A stretch of 64,000 bases of DNA from assembly GCA_963718235.1 (NCBI GenBank), contig CAVQYR010000001.1, positions 608,001 through 672,000 of the forward strand, read 5' to 3'. Source of the stretch: an uncultured Actinomycetota bacterium. Lineage in GTDB: Bacteria; Actinomycetota; Actinomycetes; JAHEKZ01. The notes below the pieces were generated by a model. That model saw only the letters and a program-made list of their open reading frames with translations, was not told the origin of the DNA and did not search any database. A program made the translations under genes and the position numbers. Positions 25,612 through 35,130 of this stretch are shown here, piece by piece. Position 1 is the stretch's first letter; every line of letters starts with the position of its first letter.

Positions 25612-27777
25612 TCACGCTGCCTCCACCCGTCCGTAGCGGGCTGCTGTGTGGACGGTGATCCGGTCGAGCATCACACCGAGCGCGGTGATGGCGATTCCGG
25701 CCGCCAACCCCTTTCCGAAGTCCTCGCCCTGGGAGAACCCGCTGATGACCAGGAAGCCGAGTCCGCCCCCGCCGACGAGACCGCCGATCACGACCATGGA
25801 GAGGACGAAGAGCAGTCCCTGGTTCGCGGCGAGCACGATCGAGCCTTTGGCCATGGGGAGCTGGACCTTGCCGATCATCTGCCAGCGGTTGGAGCCGGCT
25901 GCTTGGGCGGCCTCGACCGTGGTCGGTGAGACCCCTCTGATGCCGTCGGCTGAGATCTTGATGGCGACCGGTGCCGCATACAGCACGGCTGCTGCGATCG
26001 CCAGGAAGCGACCGGGGGGGAACAGTGCCAAGGCGGGGACGAGGTACACCAGCGAGGGCATCGTCTGCAGCCCGTCCAGCAGCGGCCGAACGGCGGTGTC
26101 GACCCGTCGGCTGCGGCCCATCCAGACTCCGACGACCACGCCCAGCACCATGACCAGGATCGCGGCGACGAGCGTCATGGCCAAGGTGACCATCGAGTCG
26201 TTCCAGAGGCCGGTCCCGAAGATGACGGCCAGGCAGATCGAGGTCGGAAGGAGCGCGCCACCCGCCCCTGACGCCACCGCGGCCACGACGAGCGCGGTGA
26301 TGATGCCCCAACACAACCACCAGGCGACGTCGAGCGACCCGTTGGCCCAGAGGCCGGAGCCGACGACGATGAGGGCGCACAGGACAGTCGACACCAGTCG
26401 TCGGCCCTGACTCGACGCGCCCACGCCGCCGAGGATCCCGGCGATGGCCAGGATCGTGCCTGCGACGAGCCACCACGGGGCGTTGGCCATCAGGTCCTGC
26501 AGCGGGTTGAGCAAGAAGTTCGTGACCGCGTCGCTGATCCACTTCGTGACCTGACCGAACGTGTCGGTGAACGCCTTGATGGCGTCGTTCACCCATCGCG
26601 CGATGCTGCGGCCCAGGTCACTGTCAGGGAACACCGACCAGCGAAGCTTGGTGTTCGACAGGTACACGAAGACGACGGCGACGATGCCGCCGGCGGCCAG
26701 CGTGGCGTTTCGGACGCGAGGGTTGATCCGCCGACGCGCTGTGACCTCGTAGCGCTCACCTGCGGCTACGGTCGCCCGGTCCAGCATGATCGCCATGATC
26801 ACGATGCAGGCGCCGGCGACGAACGAGACGCCCACGTTGAGCGCACCCAGTGCACGGACGATGGGGATACCCAGACCGGGCCCACCGACGAAGGCCGCGA
26901 TGATCGCCATGGACAGCGCCGCCATGATCGTCTGGTTGAGTCCGACGATGATCGTTCGGCGTGCCATCGGCAGCTGAACCTTCGACAGCAGCTGCCGCGA
27001 GGTCGACCCCAAGGCGGTGGTTGCCTCCACGGTGGTCGGCGAGACGGTGCGGAGCCCATGTGCCGAGATGCGGACCAGGGGAGGCAGCGCGTAGATCAGC
27101 GTGGCCACCACGGCGGCCGGGTTGCCGATGCCGAAGACGAGCACCAGCGGCGTCAGGTAGGCAAAGGATGGCATCGTCTGGAAGACGTCGAGCACCGGGG
27201 TCACCATCGCGGTTGCCCTCTCACTGCGCGACATCCAGATGCCCAGCGGCAGGCCGATGCCGACGCAGATCACGACGGACACCAAAGTGATGACCAGCGT
27301 GTCGATGCTCGCTTCCCAGTACCCGAGGTAGCCGAACGCCAGCATCGAGAAGAGGGTGAGCACGGCGATCCGGACGCTGGCCAGGGCGTAGGCCACCCAG
27401 ACGGCGAGGGCGACGACGCCCGCCCACCCGACCACGGCCACGGCCAGGGGACGCCCTGGGTCGGAAACGAAGAGCTTCTGCAACGTGCTGACCGTCCAGT
27501 CGATCGCGCTGCTGATCCAGTCGATCGGAAGGAAGAGGAGGTTGCCGTTGAACTTGGCCTCTTCGACGGAGTCTCTGAGGCTGTTCAGCCAGAGCTGGAA
27601 ATCGGTGAGCTCGGCCGTCGGCAGGTCCTGGGTGTTCCTGCCCTGGAGGAGCCAGCCCAGCACGACCCATACTGCGACCACTGCCGCGAGTGCGAGCCAG
27701 CGGTTGCGGTTGGTGCGGTCCGGTGGCGGTGGACTCTCGGGCTGGGGGTACTCGATCTCGGCGAGTTCGACAGCCAT
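25612..27777 (-). CDS. Glycine betaine ABC transporter permease with two fused ProW-type domains
   Basis: Two copies of 'LD..QTMPS..YL.P' and two EAA loops ending 'KVQLPMA'. Confidence 0.92.
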   Translation of the reverse strand: MAVELAEIEYPQPESPPPPDRTNRNRWLALAAVVAVWVVLGWLLQGRNTQDLPTAELTDFQLWLNSLRDSVEEAKFNGNLLFLPIDWISSAIDWTVSTLQKLFVSDPGRPLAVAVVGWAGVVALAVWVAYALASVRIAVLTLFSMLAFGYLGYWEASIDTLVITLVSVVICVGIGLPLGIWMSRSERATAMVTPVLDVFQTMPSFAYLTPLVLVFGIGNPAAVVATLIYALPPLVRISAHGLRTVSPTTVEATTALGSTSRQLLSKVQLPMARRTIIVGLNQTIMAALSMAIIAAFVGGPGLGIPIVRALGALNVGVSFVAGACIVIMAIMLDRATVAAGERYEVTARRRINPRVRNATLAAGGIVAVVFVYLSNTKLRWSVFPDSDLGRSIARWVNDAIKAFTDTFGQVTKWISDAVTNFLLNPLQDLMANAPWWLVAGTILAIAGILGGVGASSQGRRLVSTVLCALIVVGSGLWANGSLDVAWWLCWGIITALVVAAVASGAGGALLPTSICLAVIFGTGLWNDSMVTLAMTLVAAILVMVLGVVVGVWMGRSRRVDTAVRPLLDGLQTMPSLVYLVPALALFPPGRFLAIAAAVLYAAPVAIKISADGIRGVSPTTVEAAQAAGSNRWQMIGKVQLPMAKGSIVLAANQGLLFVLSMVVIGGLVGGGGLGFLVISGFSQGEDFGKGLAAGIAITALGVMLDRITVHTAARYGRVEAA

Positions 27778-27779
27778 GA

Positions 27780-28850
27780 CTAGTGCGCTTCCTCGGCGAC
27801 GACGATCCGCAGGATGTCGTCCTGGTCCACAACCCCCAGGAGCTGGCCGCCCTCGACGACCCGCACCGGGTGCTCGGCGTCGATGACGCGGCGCGCGGCG
27901 TCTCGGACGATGGTGTCCGGTGACATCTCCGGTCCCTCCAGGGACTCGTCACCGCGCCGTTCGCGCATCACCCACCGCAACGTCAGCACGTGCGACCGGG
28001 GCACCTCGCTGACGAAGTCACGCACGTAGTCGTCCGCGGGGGCTCCCACGACTTCGGCCGGCGTACCCATCTGGATCAGTGCACCGTCTCGCATGATCAG
28101 GATCCGGTCACCCAGCTTGAGGGCCTCCTGCAGGTCATGGGTGATGAAGACCATGGTCTTGCCCACCTCGTGGTGCAGCCGGATGACCTCGTTCTGCATG
28201 TCGCGACGGATCAGCGGGTCGAGGGCGGAGAACGGCTCGTCGAAGAGCAGCACCGAGGGGTCGACCGCCAGCGCACGGGCCAGTCCGACGCGCTGCTGCA
28301 TGCCACCGGAGAGCTGGTCGGGGTAGGAGTCCTCGTTGCCGGTCAGACCGACGAGGTCGACGAGCTCCTGCGCCTTGGCCCGACGGTCGGCCTTGCCGAC
28401 CCCGCGGATCTCCAAGCCGTACGCGACGTTGTCGATGACCTTGCGGTGCGGCAGCAGCCCGAAGTGCTGGAACACCATGGAGACGTGGTGCCGACGCAAC
28501 TCCCTGAGCCGGGACTCCGACATCTTGACGACGTCCTCGTCTCCGATCAGCACCTTGCCGGAGGTCGGCTCGATCAGCCGGGTGAGGCAGCGCACGAGGG
28601 TGGACTTGCCGGAGCCGGAAAGGCCCATGACGACGAAGACCTCGCCCGGTGCGACGTCGAAGCTCACGTCGCGCACTGCTGCGGTACAGCCTGTCTTCGC
28701 CATCAGATCTGACCGACTGAGCTCGGCGTCCGGTGAGCCGACGATCTTGTCGGCCTTGGGTCCGAAGATCTTCCACAGCCCCTCGACGGTCAGGGCCGCC
28801 CCTCCAGTGGTGGTCGCCGGCAGTGCGGCGTCGTCGACAGCAACACTCAT
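27780..28850 (-). CDS. Glycine betaine ABC transporter ATP-binding protein (ProV/OpuAA family)
   Basis: 'GLSGSGKST', '[15 protein letters not shown]' and '[12 protein letters not shown]'; short CBS-like C-terminus. Confidence 0.95.
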   Translation of the reverse strand: MSVAVDDAALPATTTGGAALTVEGLWKIFGPKADKIVGSPDAELSRSDLMAKTGCTAAVRDVSFDVAPGEVFVVMGLSGSGKSTLVRCLTRLIEPTSGKVLIGDEDVVKMSESRLRELRRHHVSMVFQHFGLLPHRKVIDNVAYGLEIRGVGKADRRAKAQELVDLVGLTGNEDSYPDQLSGGMQQRVGLARALAVDPSVLLFDEPFSALDPLIRRDMQNEVIRLHHEVGKTMVFITHDLQEALKLGDRILIMRDGALIQMGTPAEVVGAPADDYVRDFVSEVPRSHVLTLRWVMRERRGDESLEGPEMSPDTIVRDAARRVIDAEHPVRVVEGGQLLGVVDQDDILRIVVAEEAH

Positions 28851-30562
28851 GCGTGGGCTCCCTGCTGGTCGCTCTGCTGGTTTCGGTAGTCACCCGGAGG
28901 GTAGAGCGGACTGCCGTCTCGGTAGCGGTAGTACGGCGCATCCGAGGGGGGAAGTGGCGTGTTGCCGGCGATGAGGTCTGCGGCCTTCTCGGCCAGCATC
29001 ATCACCGGGGCGTAGATGTTGCCGTTGGTGACGTAGGGCATCGAGCTGGCGTCCACGACGCGCAGGCCCTCGACGCCGTGTACCTCCATCGTCGTCGGGT
29101 CGAGCACTGCGTCGTCGTCGACGCCCATCTTGGCCGTGCACGACGGGTGGAGTGCGGTCTCGGCGTCCTTGGCGACCCAGTCGAGGATCTCCTCGTCGGT
29201 CTCCACCGAGGGTCCCGGTGAGAGCTCACCGTCGTTGAACGGCGCGAACGCCTGCTGGTTGAGGATGTCCCGGGCCACGTGGATGCACTCGATCCACTCC
29301 TGGCGGTCGGTGTCGGTGGACAGGTAGTTGAACTGCAGCGCCGGGTGCTGCCTGGGGTCGGTGGACTTGAGCTTCACGGTACCGCGCGCGTCGGAGTACA
29401 TCGGTCCGATGTGCACCTGGTAGCCGTGGCCCTCGGTGGGTGAGGTGCCGTCGTACCGGATCGCGATCGGCAGGAAGTGGAACATCAGGTTCGGGTAGTC
29501 GACCTGGTCGTTGCTGCGGACGAAGCCACCGCCCTCGAAGTGGTTGGTCGCACCGAGCCCCGAGCGCAGGAACATCCACTGCGCGCCGATTCCGGGGCGC
29601 TTCCACCAGGCGAGCCCGGGGGCGATCGACACGGGCTGCTTGCTGGCGTACTGGATGTACACCTCGAGGTGGTCCTGCAGGTTGGCGCCCACGCCGGGGA
29701 GGTCGGCGACGACCGGGATCCCGAGTGCGGACAGGTCGTCGGCGTTCCCCACGCCGGACAGCTGCAGCAGCTGGGGGCTGTTGATGGCCCCGCCGCACAG
29801 GATCACCTCGCCAGCGCTCACCGACCGCAGCGACCGTCCGGCCCGCAGGTACTCGACACCGACTGCGCGCTTGCCCTCGAACAGCACCCTGGTGGCGTGG
29901 GCGAGGGTCTCGACCTTGAGGTTCTTGCGGTCCATGACCGGGTGCAGGTAGGCCCGTGCGGCGCTGAGCCGGCGTCCGCGGTGGATGTTGCGGTCGAACC
30001 GGGCGAACCCCTCCTGGCGGTATCCGTTGACGTCGTCGGTCAACGGGTAGCCGGCCTGCTGGGAGGCCTCGAAGAAGGCCCCGAACAGCGGGTTGGTCGC
30101 GGGTCCGCGCTCGAGCACCAGCGGGCCGCTGCCTCCGCGCCACTCGTCGGCGCCGGCGAGGCAGGTCTCCATGCGCTTGAAGTACGGCAGACAGTGGGCG
30201 AAGTCCCAGGTCTCCATGCCCTTGTCGGCGCCCCAGCGCTCGTAGTCCATCGGGTTGCCGCGCTGGAATATCATCCCGTTGATGCTGCTGGACCCACCGA
30301 GCACCTTGCCTCGCGCGTGGTAGACCTTGCGCCCGCCCATGAAGGGCTCCGGCTCCGACTCGTACTTCCAGTCGTACAGGCGGCTGCCGATCGGGAACGG
30401 CAGCGCTGCGGGCATGTGGATGAACGGGTCCCAGATGAAGTCCGACCGTCCGGCCTCGAGGACCAGCACGCTCGTCGCCGGGTCGGTGCTGAGCCGGTTG
30501 GCCAGGGCCGACCCGGCCGATCCGCCACCCACGATGACGATGTCGAAGTGCCGGTCACTCAT
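28847..30562 (-). CDS. betA: Choline dehydrogenase (GMC oxidoreductase)
   Basis: 'VGGGSAG', 'IHMPAAL', '[14 protein letters not shown]', 'NLQDHLE', '[11 protein letters not shown]' and 'ETALHPSCT'. Confidence 0.94.
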   Translation of the reverse strand: MSDRHFDIVIVGGGSAGSALANRLSTDPATSVLVLEAGRSDFIWDPFIHMPAALPFPIGSRLYDWKYESEPEPFMGGRKVYHARGKVLGGSSSINGMIFQRGNPMDYERWGADKGMETWDFAHCLPYFKRMETCLAGADEWRGGSGPLVLERGPATNPLFGAFFEASQQAGYPLTDDVNGYRQEGFARFDRNIHRGRRLSAARAYLHPVMDRKNLKVETLAHATRVLFEGKRAVGVEYLRAGRSLRSVSAGEVILCGGAINSPQLLQLSGVGNADDLSALGIPVVADLPGVGANLQDHLEVYIQYASKQPVSIAPGLAWWKRPGIGAQWMFLRSGLGATNHFEGGGFVRSNDQVDYPNLMFHFLPIAIRYDGTSPTEGHGYQVHIGPMYSDARGTVKLKSTDPRQHPALQFNYLSTDTDRQEWIECIHVARDILNQQAFAPFNDGELSPGPSVETDEEILDWVAKDAETALHPSCTAKMGVDDDAVLDPTTMEVHGVEGLRVVDASSMPYVTNGNIYAPVMMLAEKAADLIAGNTPLPPSDAPYYRYRDGSPLYPPGDYRNQQSDQQGAHA

Positions 30563-30589
30563 CAGTCGTGCTCCCAGGGCTCGTCACGG

Positions 30590-32059
30590 TCACGACCCGA
30601 ACCAGTGCTGCGGCTGGGGCTCGAGGTTGTTCCAGATGTGCTTGGTCTCGCGGTACTCGGCCAGGCCGTGGTGTCCCAGCTCGCGCCCGAAGCCGGACTG
30701 CTTGTAGCCGCCCCACTCGGCCTGTGGCACGTACGGGTGGTAGTCGTTGATCCACACCGTCCCCGCGCGCAGGCCGGCGGCCACCCGCTGGGCCTTGGCC
30801 GCGTCGGAGGTCCAGACCGCTCCGGCCAGGCCGTACGTCGTGTCGTTGGCCAGGGCGAGGGCCTCGGCCTCGTCGGAGAAGGTCTCCACCGTGAGGACTG
30901 GGCCGAACGACTCGTCCTGCACGATGCTCATCGCCGCGGCGCACCGGTCGAAGATCGTGGGCAGGTAGTAGAAGCCGTCAGCCAGGGCCGGGTCGTCGGG
31001 ACGACGGCCACCGCAGCGCAGCACCGCGCCCTCGGCGACCCCGGCGGCGACGTACGCCTCGACCTTGCCCAGGTGGGCAGCCGAGACCAACGGACCTGTC
31101 TCCGCCTTCTCGTCGAACGGGCCACCGAGCCGGATTGCTGACGTTCGCCGGACCAGCTCGTCGACGAAGTCGTCGTGGATCGACTCCTCGACCAGCAGCC
31201 GCGCCCCGGCCGAGCACACCTGGCCGGAGTGCAGGAACACCGCCGTCAGCGCGAAGTCGAGGGCCGCCTCACGGTCGGCGTCGGCGAACACGATGTTCGG
31301 GTTCTTGCCGCCCAGCTCGAGGGCGACCTTCTTCACCGTCGCCGCGGCCTCGACCATGATGTGGCGCCCCGTCGCGAGCCCGCCGGTGAACGAGACGAGG
31401 TCGACGCGGGGGTCGCTGGACAACGGTGCGCCGGCGGCCGGCCCGGCTCCGAGCACAAGGTTGGCCACGCCGGACGGGAGCCCGGCGTCGGCCAGCTCAC
31501 GCATCAAGAGGATCGCGGTGGACGGGGTGAGCTCGCTGGGCTTCAGGACGAACGTGTTGCCTGCCGCGAGCGCGGGTGCGACCTTCCACGAGGTCTGGAG
31601 CAGGGGGTAGTTCCACGGCGTGATCAGCCCACAGACCCCCACGGGTTCGTTCACGACCCGGCTGTCGACCTCGGGGCGGTCGACCTCGACCTGCCGGGTG
31701 CTCTCTTCGGCCGCGAGGCGGGCGTAGTAGCGAAAGACCGCGATGACGTCGTCGAGGTCGTACTCGGCCTCGACGTAACGCTTGCCGGTGTCCATCGCCT
31801 CGGCGCGGGCGAACTCGGCCTTGTGCGCCACCAGCCGGTCGGCCACCGCGCTGAGCAGCGCCCCTCGCTCGACACCGGAGGTGGAGGGCCACGGACCGTG
31901 GTCGAAGGCCGCTCGGGCGGCCGCGATCGCCGCCTGGGTGTCCTCGGCGGTCGCCTCGTCGACCTCGGTGACGAACGACCCGTCTGCGGGGCAGGTGATC
32001 GTGCGGCGCCCGTGCTGGCGCGCGGACTGCCACTCACCGCCGATGAACAGGTCCGGCAC
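30590..32059 (-). CDS. betB: Betaine aldehyde dehydrogenase
   Basis: 'ITPWNYP', 'LELGGKNP', 'HSGQVCSAG' and 'ESFGP'; adjacent to betA; GAGGT RBS. Confidence 0.88.
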   Translation of the reverse strand: MPDLFIGGEWQSARQHGRRTITCPADGSFVTEVDEATAEDTQAAIAAARAAFDHGPWPSTSGVERGALLSAVADRLVAHKAEFARAEAMDTGKRYVEAEYDLDDVIAVFRYYARLAAEESTRQVEVDRPEVDSRVVNEPVGVCGLITPWNYPLLQTSWKVAPALAAGNTFVLKPSELTPSTAILLMRELADAGLPSGVANLVLGAGPAAGAPLSSDPRVDLVSFTGGLATGRHIMVEAAATVKKVALELGGKNPNIVFADADREAALDFALTAVFLHSGQVCSAGARLLVEESIHDDFVDELVRRTSAIRLGGPFDEKAETGPLVSAAHLGKVEAYVAAGVAEGAVLRCGGRRPDDPALADGFYYLPTIFDRCAAAMSIVQDESFGPVLTVETFSDEAEALALANDTTYGLAGAVWTSDAAKAQRVAAGLRAGTVWINDYHPYVPQAEWGGYKQSGFGRELGHHGLAEYRETKHIWNNLEPQPQHWFGS

Positions 32060-32084
32060 GCTTACCTCGACTCGTGGTGCAATA

Positions 32085-32124
32085 GTGTTGCGAATGGCGC
32101 AACGCCATGTGCTGTACGCAACAC
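32085..32124. promoter_or_regulatory. Putative IclR operator upstream of betB
   Basis: GTTGCG-AATGG-CGCAAC palindrome at 32087-32103 plus a further CGCAACAC half-site near 32118. Confidence 0.6.
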
Positions 32125-32214
32125 AATGCTGAGGGCGGCCAAGCGCGTCAAGGGTTGTGGCCGCACTGTGATCCACCCGTTGATCCAGCGGGGTTGCGAC
32201 CCTCCCTCACCTGC

Positions 32215-33006
32215 TCAGCGGTTGGCCCATCCCATCCGGGCGGACACCTGGGCCCCAGCGGCCCGCACCGCGTCGATCACGGTGCCAGTCCCCTCGACGG
32301 CGAGCCGGAAGCTGGGCCCCGAGACGCTCACCGACGCGATGATGTCGCCGTGCAGCGAGCGCACCGGTGCCGCGACGGCGGTGAGCCCGACCTCGAGCTC
32401 GTCGACGGCGACGGCGAACCCGTCGCGGCGCGTCTCGTCCAGCGCGGCGATGAGCTCGGCCGGGGTCGACAGGGTGGCCGGGGTGTACTGCCGAAGGTCC
32501 GAGCCGATCAGCCGTCGCACCTGGTCATCGGTCAGCCCGCCCAGCAGGACTCGTCCGTTCGCCGTAGCGTGGGCGGGGACCCGTTGGCCGATCCAGTTGT
32601 GCAGCTGCACCGCGGTGGGTCCGGCCACCTGGTCGAGGTAGAGCACAGCGCCGTCGCTGAGCACCGCCAAGTTGACCGTCTCCCCGGTCCGAGCAGCCAG
32701 GTCGCGGCAGATCGTCCGGGCCTCGGAGACGACGTCGAGCCGGGCGATCATGGCTCCGGCCAGTCGCAGGATGCCCGAGCCGAGGCGGTACTTGCCCCGC
32801 TCGCCGTTCTGCTCGACGAGGTCACGAACCTCCAGTGCTGTGACCAGCCGGAAGGCGGTGGACTTGTGAACCCCCAGGAAGGTGGCGATCTCGGTCACCC
32901 CCACCTCACCGGTGGAGGCGAGCAGCTCCAGGATCCGCCCGGCCCGGTCGACCGACTGCACGGTTGCGCTCGCAGCCTCCGCGGGGCCACCGCCGGTGTT
33001 GCTCAT
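32215..33006 (-). CDS. IclR family regulator
   Basis: 'VQSVDRA...GVHKSTAFRL', 'GETVNL' and 'HATANGRVLL'. ATG is 6 nt after TACCGT. Confidence 0.94.
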   Translation of the reverse strand: MSNTGGGPAEAASATVQSVDRAGRILELLASTGEVGVTEIATFLGVHKSTAFRLVTALEVRDLVEQNGERGKYRLGSGILRLAGAMIARLDVVSEARTICRDLAARTGETVNLAVLSDGAVLYLDQVAGPTAVQLHNWIGQRVPAHATANGRVLLGGLTDDQVRRLIGSDLRQYTPATLSTPAELIAALDETRRDGFAVAVDELEVGLTAVAAPVRSLHGDIIASVSVSGPSFRLAVEGTGTVIDAVRAAGAQVSARMGWANR

Positions 33007-33054
33007 GCCGCAACGGTAGGGCACCAGGCGCACCCGGGGGTGGCTCGTCGGCGG

Positions 33055-33819
33055 TCAGCAGCCGAGGTCGACCCAGTGCGGCCGTGGGCCGACCCGCAGT
33101 CCGTGGGTCCTGGCCCGCACCTCGAGCCGGCTGCGGTACCCCTGCATGGTGCGGTGGGAGAAGTCGGTGTGCGTCATGCAGCGCCAGGACCGGTACCGCT
33201 CGTGGCGGAAGGGGCTCAGGAGGCTCTCCCCGTGCCCGATCACGTTCTTCACCGGGATGTCGAACCTCGCCATGAGCCAGACGGTCAGCCTCAGCGACGC
33301 GCGGCGCTGTAGGCGATTGCCCATCACCTGGCGGTCGCTGGTCCCGACGTGCTCGATGCCGACGGCGGTCTGGTTGAGGCCGATCGTATGGCGGCAGCGC
33401 AGTCCGAGGGGGACCGTGCGATAGATGGTCCCGTCGTCGTCGACGATGAAGTGCGTGCAGACCCCGGGGAACTCGTCGAGATTCTTGGTGTTGTTGGCCA
33501 TCGTCCACCAGGCGCTAAGCATCGTGGGCCCGTCGGTGTAGTGCTCGACGATCACCCTCGGATGGCGCAACCGGTGCTCCCGCTCGCCGTAGTGGCGCTT
33601 GGAGTAGCGAGCCATCTGCCGCATCCGGCGCTGCCCGAACGGAATCAGCTTGTCGACCAGGTGGGGTCGCAGTGCCGCAGACGACGTGGTCCTGCTGGCG
33701 GCGCCGGGCTCCGTACCGGCTGGTTGGCGTGCAGGCGTGGGTGCTGCCGTGGCCGAGGTCGTGAGCATCAGGACGGCCGTCAGCAGGGCCAGACCGGCCA
33801 CTGCCGACCGTGGCCTCAC
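33055..33819 (-). CDS. Secreted N-acetylmuramoyl-L-alanine amidase (Amidase_2/PGRP-like)
   Basis: Signal peptide, 'IVEHYT', 'HFIVDDDGTIY', 'NQTAVGIEH', 'VIGH' and 'HTD'. Confidence 0.85.
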   Translation of the reverse strand: MRPRSAVAGLALLTAVLMLTTSATAAPTPARQPAGTEPGAASRTTSSAALRPHLVDKLIPFGQRRMRQMARYSKRHYGEREHRLRHPRVIVEHYTDGPTMLSAWWTMANNTKNLDEFPGVCTHFIVDDDGTIYRTVPLGLRCRHTIGLNQTAVGIEHVGTSDRQVMGNRLQRRASLRLTVWLMARFDIPVKNVIGHGESLLSPFRHERYRSWRCMTHTDFSHRTMQGYRSRLEVRARTHGLRVGPRPHWVDLGC

Positions 33820-35069
33820 GCGGTTCCCTCGAGCGCGTCGCGCATGGCGACGAACTTCTGCTGGGTCTCGGCCAGCTCGTTCCCGGGTACCGAGCCCTCC
33901 ACGATCCCCGCGCCGGCGTACAGCCGCAGCAGCGGGCCGCTCACCGCAGCGCAGCGCAGGGCGATGCCGAAGGCCCCGTCACCGTGGGCGTCGACCCAGC
34001 CCACCGGGCCGGCGTAACGGCCGCGGTCCATACCCTCGAGCTCGGCGATGAGCGCGCGGGCCGCGCCGGTCGGGGTCCCGCACACCGCGGCCGTGGGGTG
34101 CAGGGCCGCCGCGAGGTCGAGGGCCGTCTCGCCGTTGTTGAGGCGCCCGGTCACATCGGTCTGCAGGTGCGAGACGTTGGCGAGTCGCACGATCTCTGGG
34201 GTGCGCGGAACCACCAGGTCGGAGCAGAACGGGCCCAGGGCATCGGCGACCGACCGGACCGAGAGCGAGTGCTCCGAGCGGTCCTTAGTCGAGCCCAGGA
34301 GCTCAGCCGCGTGCTGGGCGTCGGTGACCGGGTCCGCCCCACGTCCGATCGTGCCGGCGAGCACCCGGGAGACGACGTGGTCGTCGGTGCGCCGCATGAG
34401 CAGCTCCGGGGTCGAACCGACCAGGCCGTCCACGGCGAAGGTCCAGCAGTGGGGGTAGCTGCGGGCCAGCGGCTCGAGCAGTGCGCGGACGTCGACGTCG
34501 TGCTGGGCCACGGCGACCAGGTCACGGGCCAGCACGACCTTGTCCAGCCGGCCCTGCCGGATGAGCGAGACCGCCCGGGCCACGGCCGCCTCGTAGCCGG
34601 CGGCACCGACCTGCCCGTCGGACCAGGCGACCTCCCCGATCGGTTCGGGGGAGTCGACCGACGGTGCGGTGGATGCGCCGTCGACGGCGGTGACCCAGGC
34701 GGCGCCGTCGCGCCGACCGACCACGACGGAGGGGACGACGACCACCGAGGCGGTGGGACCCTCGGCGAAGGTGAACGAGGCGAACGCCACGGGACCGCTG
34801 CCGGGGACCCCGACGACGTCATCGACCTGCATGTGCGCGACCTGCTCGGCCCACCAACGGGCTGCGGTGGCGAACCGGTCGGGCCCGCTGACCTCGAGTC
34901 GCGCGCTCTCGCCCCAGGCGACCAGGCCGTCGCCGTTGCGCAACCAGGCGAGTCCGCCCGCGACGGGCAGGCGCGCGAGCAGGTCGCCGGGGTCGTCGAC
35001 CGGCACCGAGCGGACCCGAAGCGGGACTCGCTGCGGCGTGAGGGCCGGGCGACGGACAGTGGTGCTCAC
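33816..35069 (-). CDS. menF: Isochorismate synthase
   Basis: 'KVVLARD', 'GSTPELL', 'VLAGT', 'KDRSEH', 'LHPTAAVCGTP' and 'YAGAGIV'. Confidence 0.93.
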   Translation of the reverse strand: MSTTVRRPALTPQRVPLRVRSVPVDDPGDLLARLPVAGGLAWLRNGDGLVAWGESARLEVSGPDRFATAARWWAEQVAHMQVDDVVGVPGSGPVAFASFTFAEGPTASVVVVPSVVVGRRDGAAWVTAVDGASTAPSVDSPEPIGEVAWSDGQVGAAGYEAAVARAVSLIRQGRLDKVVLARDLVAVAQHDVDVRALLEPLARSYPHCWTFAVDGLVGSTPELLMRRTDDHVVSRVLAGTIGRGADPVTDAQHAAELLGSTKDRSEHSLSVRSVADALGPFCSDLVVPRTPEIVRLANVSHLQTDVTGRLNNGETALDLAAALHPTAAVCGTPTGAARALIAELEGMDRGRYAGPVGWVDAHGDGAFGIALRCAAVSGPLLRLYAGAGIVEGSVPGNELAETQQKFVAMRDALEGTA

Positions 35070-35130
35070 GATGCTCCAGCGTAGGACCGCCTGGCCGCTG
35101 TCGCGCGTCCGGGCGAGCGGGTTTGGTGGC

